Positions 1-13,760 of a stretch of DNA of 64,000 nucleotides are shown here, piece by piece (position 1 is the first letter of the stretch; the number at the start of each line of letters is the position of its first letter). The stretch covers positions 165,044,001-165,108,000 of the forward strand of contig NC_091476.1 of assembly GCF_036971445.1 (NCBI RefSeq), given 5' to 3'. The DNA is from Narcine bancroftii (Eukaryota). The notes below the pieces were generated by a model that had not been told where the DNA came from, made no database searches, and worked only from the letters and a program-made list of their open reading frames with translations. The position numbers were made by a program, and so were the translations under genes.

Positions 1-30
1 TTATGCTCGTGTACCTCTTCTTTCAAGCTA

Positions 31-647
31 CAACAGATCCTTGAATAACGTAGTTTCACTCAACGTCATTTCATTATAACGTTGAAGAGAAAATAAATAA
101 ATAGATTGCAGCACCACTCTCTGTTATTGTTCGTTTTTGTATTGATTGCTGGGAGGTGCTGCCTCTTGCAATCTTTGCTTTTCAATTATTTATTCCTTGA
201 TTAATCCCTGTTGAAATCAGCATTAAACTCCACCCCAGCCTAAGGCAACACCAGGTCCCTCCGGAATGTCTTGCAACACTCCAACTTTCACCTGTGGAGA
301 TGATGATGACCAAGCTGCTTCTCATCCCTTTTCTGCGGGATGCCAGTAGCTTCCCTTCCCATACCAGCCACCACCACTGCAAGCACCATCTAAGCTAAAC
401 TGATTAAAAAATGTCTATTTATTTTTATTAATCTTTCTTAAATGTCACTATGGCATGCATTTATTTTACTGTTTAACATTAAAAGTGTTTTGTGTCATCA
501 TTTAGAAATTTGCTGATGTTTTTGGGTTGAGAAATAAACCGTAGGAACTTAACTCGTATTTTAATCATTGAGCCTATGGTAAAATTGATTCCATTTAACA
601 TCATTTCACTTTCCAAGAACATATCAACGTTAAGTAATGACCTGCTG
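31..647. mobile_element. Non-autonomous Tc1/mariner-Tigger-type DNA element with MER6-like ends
   Basis: Imperfect TIRs: CAACAGATCCTTGAATAACGT at 31 (preceded by TA) versus the reverse complement of ACGTTAAGTAATGACCTGCTG ending at 647. Confidence 0.6.
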
Positions 648-649
648 AG

Positions 650-1560
650 GTGTCTCAAAAATGCTGCAGGCTAAATATTAAGGGTCCTCAATGATTCCCT
701 GAGCCACCTTTAAGCATCACTCCTTGTAGATATCATTAATAGAGGGAAGAGGGACCCCAGTGATCTTTTCACCATTCTAATCACCCTCCATACTGCTTAC
801 ATACCCACAATTTGATGCTACTAGTCTGGACACTCGATTGTGCTCCTGTGGAATGTTGTTAGGATTGTGGCTGTTAACCTTGCTCTCCTCAAACTCCTTA
901 GGAAGAGTATGTGCTGTTGTGCCTTCCTGACTAATGAGAAGGTGTTGTGGGTCCAGGACAGGTCATCTTTTAAATGGACTCTAAAGACATTTGTGCTTCC
1001 ACTCTATGACTAAGCCATTGATATGTAGTGGGGAGTGCTCATTCGTCCACATAAAGTTCTGAATCATTTCCTTGTCTTGTCCACATTGAGACTCAGGATG
1101 TTCCTCTTACACCACTATACAAGCCTGTCAACCTCCTCTCTGTTAGCTAACTCATCATTGTTGCCAATAAGACCAAATAGTGTTGTGTTATCTGCAAACG
1201 TGATGATTCGGTTGGTGCTGAACCTGGCAGTATAGTTGTGAGTCGCCAGCGTGAACAACCCAGAAGTGCTCCAATTCTCAGCGTGTTGATGCTTGAGGTT
1301 TTTCTGCCAACTGGACAGACCGTGGTCTTTCGATCAAGAAGTCCTGAATCCAGTTACAGAGAGGGGTATTGAGTCCCAGCAAGGACAGTTTATCCACCAG
1401 CCTCTGAGGTATGATTGTGTTGAACACTGAGCTGAATGCAATCAACAACAGTCTGGCTTATGAGGCATCGTTCTCTGGGTGGATCAGGACAGAGTGGAGG
1501 GTCGGGGCTATTGCATCATTTGCGGATCAGTTTGGCTGACAGGCAAGCTGGAATGTTACT
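650..1560 (-). mobile_element. Degenerate Rex/Babar-like LINE RT fragment
   Basis: Minus-strand remnants such as LFLRSLRRARL...FHRSTIE, typical of the C-terminus of these RTs. Confidence 0.6.
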
Positions 1561-2194
1561 GGTAGGTGGTTTAGGAAAGGGTTCCAGCTCGCCAGCGTCC
1601 ATCGCCCCCTTCATTCATGATCCGTGGCTCTGTTACAGCTGGTTCTTGGTGAGTAAAGCAATACTAAAGGGGTCTGTGGATGAAAAAAAGACAAGGACAC
1701 TGTTCTGAATCACTACTGTAAATTGTAAATGGTTGCAGCCTGAGCACTAATCCCTACAACTCCCTGTAGGTTACACCTACCAACCTGAAAATGATTTACT
1801 TAACCCTTCTCACTGCTTCCTGCGACTGCCAATCCCCATTCATGTTAATATTTTATCTTCCAACACCAAGAGCTCTTACTATGTAAAGTGACCTTTACAT
1901 CAATGCTTCTCCTTTATCTGATCCATCCGCAAAAGAACTTCAGAAAATTTGTCAGACAAGGGAATGGTATCAAAAAGCAAGAGGACATGGCTTTAAGTTA
2001 AGTGTACGAAAGGAGGTGGAGGGTCGTTATTATACAGTGTGATGGATAAATGGGACATTGTTCAGGAGGTAGTGAAGTCAGATGCAATCATTTCATTTGA
2101 GGAACATGTATGCAGACATTTGGCAAGGTGTAGATTCTATCCTATTGCAAGCAAATGGGATTTGTGGAGAAGAGTGGCAATGGCTGCATAGGAC

Positions 2195-2385
2195 ACTTTC
2201 TTCTTTGGCTTGGCTTCGCGGACGAAGATTTATGGAGGGGGTAAAAAGTCCACGTCAGCTGCAGGCTCGTTTGTGGCTGACAAGTCCGATGCGGGACAGG
2301 CAGACACGATTGCAGCGGTTGCAAGGGAAAATTGGTTGGTTGGGGTTGGGTGTTGGGTTTTTCCTCCTTTGCCTTTTGTTCGTGA
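2195..2385 (-). mobile_element. 3' end of an RTE-clade LINE (5'-truncated copy)
   Basis: Nearly identical to 16190-16370, the 3' end of the RTE copy. Confidence 0.85.
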
Positions 2386-3559
2386 GGCAGTGTTTCTTAC
2401 TGCACAACAGATTCTACAATTCATCTTCATGAAGTCACGCTGACTCAGTTTCATTCATTATAGACTCCAAATGTTCTGCTAATATCTACTTAATAATTCA
2501 TTCCAACATTTTTCCAATTCCAGACCTTAGTCTATTTGCGAGAGGCTAGTCACTTTTTACCTTCCGTTCTTGCTTAATGGTATCATTGTTCACAAGTTTT
2601 TTCCAACCCTATAGTAGCTCTCCAGAAACTAAGAATTTTTGGAAGATTTTTAGTGTTGTAGTGGAATGTTTATAGTTTATACGATCATAAAGATTTGGTA
2701 AAATGTCATTCTCAGACACTCCTTAATTCCTGCTGCATTCACCATTAACACTCCAAACCCACACACTAATCTGCAGTCCGTTCTGACACCATTCACTCCT
2801 TGCCCAGCCTTTCTGAATTAACACCTACACTTCACCTGATAATCCTCGTCACTGATGAGCATGGCAAACAGTCCACAGTACTGGGCGCCAACAGGCCTAC
2901 CAAGCTGTGAAACAGAAGTTTAAAAGAAAACATCTGAACCTGCCATTACACACTGAAGGACCCTCTCTTCCCTGGCTTTTCAAAAATCTCCCACCATTCC
3001 ATGAATGCTGAGCTCACCACTCACTTTAAGCACATTAACATCCTGACATCTTCAAAAAAGTTCTGCTGTGTGTTTTTAAAGTGGTATTTAGGTGTTCCTC
3101 TCAATATTTGTGAGGCTTCACCTCATTTCGTAGAATAGCAGGTCTGAATAATGTACTTTTATTACCAGACTTTTCTATTGGACCTTAAGCATGGCTGTTC
3201 TAAATGTTATTATTCACCTGGTGCGATTCATTGGTCATCACCCTTTGTGTTGCAGCTGTAATTAATGAACTATCAGGTCCAACACTGTGGTGTGAAGCAA
3301 AGTCTGTAGGCCTCTGCCTGCTATCTCTCGTACCTCGAAGAAGGGCTTAGGCCTGCAACGACAGTAATATATACGGTATTAAGTATATACAGTAACTTCC
3401 TGAGTTTCTCAATGCCAGTGACAACTGCTGAGTTTTCAGAGATGCAGCATTGAGCTTGGCTGTGGTGCCCTATAGTGTCGGATTAGCCGTTGGTTCCGTA
3501 TTACTTCCACTCATGGAACTTGTGCAGCAGATAAAAGTGCTAATCTACTCACATCGATA

Positions 3560-3925
3560 TCTACAAGGAGACAATGTATGCAAGATCATACAAATATGAA
3601 TTGTCTTGTGCCAACATTGAAACAAGACTCTGAAACTAGAGGACATAGATTTAAAGTGAGAGAGAAAAGTATTTAGTGGGGGCCAGAGGACCCACTTGTT
3701 TTTTAAGGAGAATGTGGGTAAATGGAACAAGTTGCCCAAGGAAGTGGAGGAGGTGGGTACAATGTTTAGAAGACATTGAGACAGGTACTGAGGAAAGATT
3801 TAGAGAGATATGGGCCAAAACCAGGCAAATGTTTCCGCTCCGTAAATGGTTATATGGTTACATGGTTAAATGGGATAAGCTCCTGCAGGCAAATTGGCCT
3901 GCAAGAAGTTGGGCTGTCTAACTAC
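3560..3925 (+). mobile_element. CR1-like LINE 3' fragment
   Basis: AACTAGAGGACATAGATTTAAAGTGAGA... (TRGH-like motif) and a typical CR1 3' UTR. Confidence 0.6.
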
Positions 3926-4683
3926 AGATCTCATCTGTTTATATCTAAAAGCATTTAATAGGCATGTCTTTGAGCCATTTTACACAAAAAAAGTCTACAA
4001 AATGTTAGATTTGGCATTTTGAAGATGGAATTTCCCAGCAATGCAATACTTCGGTCTTTGGGTTCACTGATTTCATCATCTATCATTTTCCAAAGTGGGT
4101 TCCTGTCTTATCCTGGCAAGTCCATTCGAGCCCTGAACCTGCCGTGATCCTGCATCAGAACCTTGCAAAGAAAACTCGGTGCAAACTGGATCCTGGGTTG
4201 CGCGGAGATGGGAACGGCACCAACCCTGGGATGATTGACAGTCTCGGCGAAAGGCGAGTTTGCAGCGTTCCTAGATCAAAGCTCCTGCATGATTATTCGA
4301 CAAAGATTGCTCCCTCCTCCCTGCTTGGATTTTAAAATGAGATTTTTGAATGTCTCTCCCCCCCCAAAAAAAACCCAAATATTTCTCTGTTGCCGGCGTC
4401 TATTTAGCGCCGGTGAAGGAGCACTGCAAGCTGCAGTCCTGGGAGCCACACTCACCCCCTTGGAGTACAGCTCTGGGGCAATCCGGTCTGTCACCTTCAC
4501 CACCTCGGTGCACATGAATGCAAAGCCAAGTAGCACCGCAGAGCCATGACCAAAAGCCCCATGACCACAGTTCGCCAAATAAACTCGCAGCAAAGGGGGA
4601 GCGAAAGAAATGTAATCATTCTTAAAAGGACACCCACCATCCCACTGTCCGCTTTTGGTAAAGCCAAACAACCGTGAGTGTAG

Positions 4684-4910
4684 ACCACCTCCCAGACTTC
4701 TGCATTTTTGTCGCAAGTCCCACCTCCCACACCTCTGCATTTTTGTTGCATGTCCCACCACCCAGGCAACTGCATTTTTGTTGCGTCCCACCTCCCAGAC
4801 CTCTGCATTTTAATAGCAAGACCCACCTCCCAGGCCCCTGCATTTTTGTTGCAAGTCCCACCTCCCACACCTCTGCATTTTTGTTGCAAATCCTGCCACC
4901 TCCTCGACCT
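4684..4910 (+). repeat. Minisatellite, ~35-bp unit x ~6
   Basis: CCCACCTCCCA.ACCTCTGCATTTTTGTTGCAAGT; TGCATTTT recurs at about 4701, 4736, 4771, 4804, 4839 and 4874. Confidence 0.9.
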
Positions 4911-6589
4911 TCAGTAGAGTTCTACGGAAACCTCGTATGCACCAACAAGGCATGACGGCTTCAAAGTTGTGTAACGAGGAAGAATTCTGGCAGGAAATGA
5001 CTTTCTTTAAAAACAGAATTACGATGACTAGACCTCTGCTTTTTGTTTATGTCCACACATTTTGAACAAGTTTTTTTTGTGCTTAAATTGAAAACAGTTT
5101 CCATGAAAAATGTTTAAAGCAAACTTTGCTTGTTTATATAGGGTTTCATCCATTGCAATTTTTGAAGGAACTCAGTTATTCCTGCTCTTGTATTTAGAAA
5201 TCTGCTGACAGCAGGGCCAGACATCTTTTTTTTTTGCAAAACAGGCTGTAAAGTCTCAGCTTGCCATCAAAGCAACTTTAGGTTGGAAATTTGCCATTTC
5301 ATTTTTTTATTAATTAAAGTGGGTGGTAGGATTGGTTTATATCCAGTTTCTTGAGCCTTCGCAAAACCCTGCCATAAAACAGTTCACAACACTTGACCCA
5401 GTTCTCACATACAGCTGGGAACTGATGCGGAAAACATACAACTTGGTGGTCAGGTAATATCAGAGCTAAACAAAACTATATTTGAATTTTCCTCTTTAAA
5501 GCAACCGTAATGCTCCATGATCACAACCACCTTAATTTAAGAAAATTAGAAGTTTCATGACCTGACTCGGCTTGTCACAGTCAGAAAAAAGGAGCATTCA
5601 CCTCTGTAATTAACAAGTTTACTACTTGGAGTTTCTGTTTTGCATTCAGTCTTCTTCATAAGCTGTCCCTGAGATTCAAGGGTATATCGATTCCACTCCA
5701 GTTCTTGGCTTCCAAGGCACCCAAAGTTTCTTTTAACCTTACTGTTTAAAATGTACTCACCATTTTAACTTTATAACCAGAATGGATGACATCAGAATTT
5801 CCACAATATATTCCACGTACCACAAACTTGCTCATTCGTTTCATCCTAGTTGAATTAGATACAACACGCATGAAACCATCCTCTGCACGTGGTTCATGTG
5901 CGTATATACCTCTTGCCTTGGGAAGAATCTTCTTAAAATAGAAAGAGGGGAATCACAGGTTGATATCTGGGATGCATTTATGCAGACAGGAACCATAATG
6001 TTTAAAAGAAAGAAAGATAATGACAAATCTAGAAATTTGTAGTTTCAGGAGTTGACAAGATGCAGCAATAATATTTCTTATGGCTGATGTTTCAAGAACT
6101 AGGGGTCACAACCTTAAAATAAGAGATCAGTCCTTCGGTACTGAAATGAGATTTCTTCACTGAGGTCATGAATCTTTGGGATTCTCTTAGCAGGGCAGTG
6201 AAAACTCATTAGGCCAATTGCAAAGATTGATTAACATTAGGGAATCAAGAGATAGGAGATTAGTACAGGAAACTAACAATGAAGAAAATATCAATCATGA
6301 TTGTATTGAAAGGTGAAACAGTCACCATTTGGCTGTTTCAACTACTCATGTTCATCCAAGTTGTCTTCCCAATTTAGATTGGGGCATTTCGAGCCTCTAC
6401 TTACTAAGTCACACATAAACCACTTGCAGAACCTCATTTCATCCCTACTGCTCCTCTTGAAATGTTTCTGCAAGGTAAAAATAACAGAAAAGGATTTTGA
6501 ACGAAGCTTGTGCACGGATAACAAACCAGCCAGGAAATATTTGAGAGGGGAATACATTGTTAATAGGAAGGTCAGAATACATTGGTTCT

Positions 6590-7010
6590 TGACTTAGGTC
6601 TTTATTCTTTGGAGCGTAGAATGTTGAGAGGGGATTTGATTGAGCTACTTTAAATTATTAGGGGTATAGAAGGAGTTGACAGAGAGGATTTTTTTTCCTT
6701 TAAGAAAGGGGGAGATACAAACGAGAGGACATGAGTTGAGAGTTAGGGGGCAAATGTTTAGAGGAAACATGAGGGGGGGAAATTTTTACTCCAAGAGTGG
6801 TGGGTGTGTGGAATGAGCTTCCAGACGAAGTGGCGGAGGGAGGCTCGATATTAGCATTTAAGGAGAAGTTGGAGATGTATATGGACAGGAAAAGAATGGA
6901 GGGTTATGGGTTGAGTGTAGGTCAGTGGGGTTAGGTGGGAGAAAGTGTTCAGTGTGGACTAGAAGGGCTAAGTTGGCTTGTTTCTGTGCTGTAATTGTTA
7001 TATGGTTAAG
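6590..7010 (+). mobile_element. CR1-like LINE 3' end
   Basis: LGLYSLERR-LRGDLIE...TRGHELRV...FFTxRVVGVWNELP coding remnant plus 3' UTR. A second fragment lies at about 6060-6330. Confidence 0.8.
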
Positions 7011-7124
7011 ATATCTAGGAACCAGATCTGCTGGATTGCACTTTTTAACAGAAGACATAATTGTATGTCCAGGAAAGCCTCACAATAAAAGCTTTCTCAA
7101 CAATTATTTAGGAATGTAAATGGA

Positions 7125-10100
7125 TGGGGGCATGGCAAGATGGCATAGAAGAAAGACGTGTATTCCACCTTTCCCCAGCTGGATTACTAAATATCCGGTT
7201 TTTAAAAAGCAAAAAAGTGCTTAAAAACAATATTTACAGTTGTTTGAATAACAATGATTTAATATGGCATCTAATGTGAAAAAATTTAAACCTCAACTTC
7301 AGAAAAATTGCCATACAAAAGTGCAGAAGAATTGAGGTCTACCTGCATAGCTGAATCCACGGAATCATTGTTGGGAGTCTCTAAGCCTCAGAGGATTCCA
7401 GCCCTTTCAAGTTTGACCTCGGCACTGATCCTGCCTCCGCAAGATGGTGCTGACACTTTGGTGAGTTCGGCCGTTGCCGACCCGCGTTCACGTGAAGCCG
7501 TGCACACGGGCAGCACGGCCGACAAGGGGACCCACGAACTAGCGACCTCACTGGGTGGCCCGGGGGTGCACAGTGTAGCATCGGAGGATGCTCCTGCACA
7601 TCCGGCGGCTTTGCCTGGATTACGTGAGGCATCCCGGGTCCGAGAATTGCTGGACCAAGTATGGGCTGTGCGGGAGCCCGAACGTCGATGTCCCGAAGAG
7701 GTTGGGGTGCCGGCGTCGGGTGTCCAGACCCGCAGCCGTTCAGCTAAAGGATCTACGATGACTGAGGAAGAAGAGGAACTTACCTTATTGGAATTTGTTC
7801 AGGAGGAGGAGCCTGAAGTTAAAGGAGGCAGACCTCAAAAAGTGGAGTTGGAATCTGGAATAGATCAGTGTTCACTGTTTTGGAAGGGATTGCTTGTCAA
7901 ATGCACAATATGTCAAAGCAAATATCAACTCAGGTGAATCAAGGATTTATGGAGATGAAAATAAAAATGAATACCGTGTGATGAAATGTCAACTATGAAA
8001 CAGGAAATAACTGTAGTGAAGAGTGGTATTAATAGATGTATAAAATCAGTTGATACTGTGCAAGATAATTTTAAGAAAATTGAAACAGCCTTTTCTGAGA
8101 GTCAAAATCAGGTGGAACGTAATAAAGAAAAAATGGGAAAAGTGGAAGGTTCTTTTGTAGATTGGGGGATTCAAAAAAGAGATTTGTTGAAGAAGATTGA
8201 TTCGTTGGAAAATCAAAGCCAGAGGTATAATGTGAAAATAGTTGGTCTTCCAGAGGACATTGAAGGTTCCGATCCTATAAAAAATTTTAAGCATTGGATC
8301 CCAGAGCATTTTCCTGAAGGCTTGAAATTGGATCAGGCTCAGAGCTCTGAGAAGAAAACCACTTCCAGGACAAACACCAAGAGCAGTCTTGGTTCATTGT
8401 TTAAAATACCAAGACAGAGAAATGATTTTACGTATGGCGGTACAGAAAGCACGGCAGAATCTTTAATGGTTCAAAATAAGTGTTTTTTTAATGCCAATTT
8501 GAGCCAAGAGGTTATTAGAAGACGACAAAAATTTAATACGGCCAAAGATGTATTGTGGCGAAAAGGCTACAAGTTTGTTTTTCGTTATCCTGCAATTTTG
8601 AAGGTTTTTTATGGAAATTTTCAATCTCAATTCCTTGAGAATGATCATGATGCTTTGGTTTTTGCTAATTCTTTGCTAGAACTGTGAAGAAATGGGTCTT
8701 CACCTCTGTTGGCTCCTAAGAGGATGGTAAATAGAAATGGACATGGGTATGGAAAGAATGGAAAGAAAGAAGAGTTGACACAAAGTCTTCTTGATGTTGA
8801 AGATCCGGAGCAGTCGTTGGGCTTGGAATCATTGGGCTGAATATATGGACTATATTTCATTGTGTTTAATTAAATAATAAATATGTATCTGGCTGGGGGG
8901 GGGGGGGTGGATGACACTGAAAACTTTGATAGTCATCTACCACTAGTGGGTTCACCACACCCAGATTTTTAGGGTATTACTACCTTTGGGTGGTTTTTTT
9001 TGTGTTTTTGTGTTAATTTTTTTTAATTTTTGAGGTTTTTTTTGAAGAATTATAGAGGGGAGCATTATTTTATAGTGTAAATATATTAGTAGTTAAAAGA
9101 TGTCTAACTTGCATTTTGCAACTTTTAATGTTCAGGGATTAAATAATCCAATTAAGAGAAAGAGAATATTGGCTTATATTAAAAAAATGAAATTTGATAT
9201 TGCTTTTTTTTTTACAAGAAACACATTTTACTGAAAAAGTACATTTGAAATTGAAAAGAGATTGGGTTGGTCATGTTTTTTCTTTTAATTCTAAGGCAAG
9301 AGGAGTAGCGATATTGATTCATTAAAAATGTACCATTTGAATTGGAATATTCAGAGGGGCACGCTGTCAGAGAATTAAGAGTGAATTGTAAAATTTTTGC
9401 TGAATCTTTATGCCCCTAATATAGATGATGAGTGGTTTATTTCAGAAGCTTTTTTTACTGTTAACTCAAGCTAATGAAAATGTCTTAGTTAGTAGTGATT
9501 TTAATTGTGTTCTGGACCCTTTATTGGACAGAAATCCAAAACATATAAGGAAATCAAAGATGGCAACACAAATTAATGCGTTAATGAAAGATTTAAATTT
9601 GGTGGATATTTGGAGAAAAGTTAATCCTACAGAGAAAGATTTTTCTTTTTATTATTCACGACATGATTCATTTTCTAGAATTGATTTATTTTTGGTATCA
9701 GCACATTTACAAGGTAGAGTATTATGAGCTGAATATATAAAAGTAGTTACATCAAATCATTCATTATTACTTTTTTCTTGTGAAAGTTTGGAGGTAGTAC
9801 ATCTGTCATTTAGATGAAGGTTTAATGCAATGTTATTGAAAAAACAGAGTTTGTTACCTTTGTTAAAGATCATATCTCTTTATTTTTGACCGAGAATGTT
9901 AATTCTGTGGATAGTCATTTTGTAATGTGGGATGCTTTAAAAGCTCATTTGAGGGGGAAGTTTATTAGTTATTCTATGAAAGTTAAGTAACAATATATGG
10001 CAGAAAGTTTAGAGTTAGAAAATAAGATTGCTGAGTTAGAGAAAGATTTTCAGAAAGGTGTAACAGAAGATTAAAAAAAAGGTGCATTAGCAAGGTTGAA

Positions 10101-13100
10101 ATTATATTATAATACTTTATAAACTTATCAGTTTGAGCGCTTAATTAATCAATCTAAACAATGTTATAATAAGTTGGGGGAAAGAGCCCATAAGGTACTT
10201 GCTTGGCAATTGAAAGCTGAACAGACATCTCGGACTATTAATGCCTTTAAGAATTCAAAAGTTACATAAACCTCAGGACCAGTTTTATTCATTTTATCTA
10301 AAATTATATACTTCTGAGAGGAAACAGGATAATGGTTCTATTGACTCTTACTTATCTAAATTAAAGTTACTGGTATTAGATGGAAATGATGTTCAAGAAT
10401 TGGAATCTCCATTTGAAATTAAGAAAGCTATTCAGGAAATGCCTAATGGAAAGTCCCCAGGGGATGATGGATTCCCTGTGGAATTTTATAAACTTTTTTA
10501 TGATGATTTCTCTAATATATTTCGAAAAGTGTTGAATCAAGTTACTGAAGATCAGAAGTTACCAGTAACATGGTTTTTTTTTAATTTTTATTTTTCACTC
10601 TATGAACCATATTAACCAAAATACACACATTTCCCTCTTGAATATACACAGTGTCATTTTTTCCCCTTTTCCCCCCTCCCTTTGCTCCCTCCTTCACCCC
10701 TACTCAATGTTCAACATATATGATACATTAAACAATGTCATCACACAATGAAATTAACAAGAAATTTGTGTCATCCACTTTTACATACTGGGTCAGTTCA
10801 TTTCGTCTTCTTCTCCTTCTGTCATTTTAAGTGGTGGAGGTCTGTGGTAGGACTTCTCTGTTGTGTTCCATGTACGGTTCCCAAATTTGTTCAAATACTG
10901 TGATGTTATTTCTTAAATTATATGTTATTTTTTTCAAATGGAATACATTTATTCATTTCTATGTACCATTGCTGTACTCTCAGGCTCTCTTCTAATTTAC
11001 AGGTTGACATAATACATTTTTTTTGCTACAGCTAAGGCTATCATAATAAATCTTTTTTGTGCTCCATCCAAATCGAGTCCAAGTTCTTTACTTCTTATAT
11101 TACTTAGAAGAAAGATCTCTGGAATTTTTTGGTATGTTGCTTTTCGTGATTTTATTTAATACCTGATTTAGATCTTCCCAAAACTTTTCCACTTTCTCAC
11201 ATGTTCAAATTGCATGTACTGTTGTTCCCGTTTCCTTCTTACAGTGAAAACACCTATCTGATACTGTTGGGTCCCATGTATTTAACTTTTGGGGCGTGAT
11301 ATATAGCCTGTGTAACCAATTATATTGTATCATGCGTAACCTCATGTTTATTGTATTTCTCATAGTTCTGGAGCATGTTACCAGTATCATGTTCAAGTGC
11401 TTTAATAACTGTTATTCCAAAAAAAGATAGAGATCCATTAAAAGTGTATTCATATAGACTTATTCCTTTATTAAATGTAGATTATAAAATTATAGCAAAA
11501 GTATTAGCTAATAGACTTGCTAAATATTTACCCAAATTGGTACATATTGATCAAACATGTTTTATTAAGAATACAAATACATCAGACAATATATTTTGAT
11601 TAATTACTTTGGTCAACACATATCGAAAGCAACCTAACCTAATGGTTGCATTAAATGCAGAAAAAGCTTTTGATAGGGTTGAGTGGGATTTTTTTATTTA
11701 AAGTGTTAGAGAAATTTAAATTTGGCCCTTTTTTATTGGTTGGGTTAAGGCTTTATATACGAACCCAATTGCTAGGGTAGTGACAAATGGACAGATTTCT
11801 TTACAATTTAAATTGACTCGTTCAACTCAACAGGGCTGCACATTGTCACCAGGCTTATTTGCATTGGTTATTGAATTGTTAGCTCAGGCTATTAGACAAA
11901 ATGAAGAAATTAGAGGGATGAGGGTTAAAAATGAAGAATATAAAATTAACTTATTTGTGGATGATGTGTTGGTATACCTGACAGAACCAGAACAGTCATT
12001 GAAACAATTGCAAAAGTGTTTGTTGAAATTTGGAGAATTATCAGGATATAAAGTTAATTGGGATAAAAGTGAATTTTTTTCACTCCAGTTGGAGTGGGAG
12101 ATTATTCTGAATTTAAAACTATTACAAAATTAAAGTGGACAAGTAAAATTAAATATTTAAGTGTGTTTATGGATACTAATTATCAATCATTATATCAATT
12201 AAATTATGTACCTATATTAAGATGGATTAAAGCAGATTTGATTAAGTGGAAAGATCTTCCATTAACTTTGATTGGTCAAGTTAATTGTATTAAAATGAAT
12301 ATTTTTTCCTCAAATTCAATATTTATTTCAGTCAATACTTTGTTTAATTTCTAAGGGTTTTTTTTTCAATATTTGATTAATGCAATGCGAGAATTTTTAT
12401 GGAAAGGTAAATAGCTCGAGTAACATTGCATAGACTTATATGGAAGTATGCATTGGGCGGACTACAATTACCACATTTTCAAAACTATTATGAAGTGGGC
12501 CAGTTGAAGTTAGTAGATTGATGGATTTAGATCAGTCTCCTAGCTCGGATAAAGTGGAGATGCATGTATTTCTAGGGTTGAGATACATTAATTTATATTT
12601 TGTTGGAATTTGATTTTATTACAGCAATATGATATGCTGATATTGAAACATTTGTAAAAGATTTGGATTAACAAAAAGGGTGTTCGGGTCGAATGATAAA
12701 TTATCAATGCTAACTCCAATAATCAGCTTATTCCTTTTTCAATGTTTAATAATCATTTAAAGATTTTGGATTCCAAAGGTATAAAGACAATACAAGATTG
12801 TTTTGAAGAGGGGCAATTTATTTCTTTTAATCAATTGAGAGAAAGATTTAATATACCTGTAAATTCTTTGTTTGCGTATTATCAACTTAGAACTTTAATA
12901 AAAGATAAATATGATAGAGAGATGATTTTACCTACCTTGTTGAGATTTGAATCTTTGGTTTCCTCTATACTGAAAAAGGGTTATGTATAATTTGTTATAA
13001 GATAGTATTGATAAACCAGATTGGGAGAAATCTAAACTTAAATGGAAGAGTGATTTAGTATTTATTTTTCCCGAAGATGATTGGGTGACTATGTGTCAGG

Positions 13101-13760
13101 ACAATGTAATTAAATTGACTAATGTGCGATATGGAATGGTTAATTATAATTTTTTATATCAATTATATTTGACCCCAGAAAAGCTAAAAAAAAAAAAAAT
13201 GGATTTAGTAATTCGGATTCTTATTTTAGATGTGACTCATGTATTGGAACTTTTCTACATGCCGTTTGGACTTGTGTTAAAGTTCAATCATTTTTGACAA
13301 GGAATTAAAGTAGTTTTGGAAAAATTATATAATTTTATACTACTGTTAGATCCAACAATTTTTTTGTGGGGAAATTTGTATTCATTAAGGGGAATGGGAT
13401 TGGACAAAATTCAAATTGCTTTTGTACGTTTGGTGTTATCAGTAGAGCGTAAATGTGTTGCTAGTACTTGGAAAGATGATACTGAGATTAATATATCAAG
13501 CTGGCACAATGAATTGAAAATATGTATTGTCATGGAAAAAATTACATAATTTACATGATAATTTTTATTTTATTGGTAAGTGGTCTCTGTATTTGAAATA
13601 TATGCATTTAGATATACTTTGAAATGTTATTAACATTTTAAATATTTTCTTTATATATATATATATATTTTTTTTTTGCTCCCCTTAAGGGAGTTGGCTG
13701 GAGGGGTGGGAGGGTGGTGTGGGCATTTAAAAAAAAAGGAATGTAATTGGATGGATAAAA
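7125..13760 (+). mobile_element. Near full-length, degenerate L1-clade LINE (ORF1 ~7264-8687; ORF2 APE-RT ~9100-13600)
   Basis: 5' CAAGATGGC motif; ORF1 coiled coil with LENQSQRYNVKIVGLPE and FRYPA; ORF2 FNVQGLNNPIKR, DFNCVLDP, SRIDLF, GKSPGDDGFPVEFY, LNVDYKIIAKVLANRL, LFVDD; many stops and frameshifts. Confidence 0.92.
10573..11376 (-). mobile_element. 5'-truncated L1 inserted antisense into ORF2 of the larger L1, with a 15-bp TSD
   Basis: T-run tail at about 10574-10582; QYNWLHRLYITPQKL...RCFHC zinc-knuckle region; TSD GTTACCAGTA(A/T)CATG at 10558-10572 and 11377-11391. Confidence 0.88.

Noticed and set aside
4684-4910. CRISPR-like appearance of ~35-bp repeats
   Set aside because: The repeats are head-to-tail with no unique spacers, in a eukaryotic context with no cas genes.
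4276-4955. Multiple overlapping ORFs on both strands
   Set aside because: Largely produced by the 35-bp tandem repeat; no recognisable protein or coherent splice structure.
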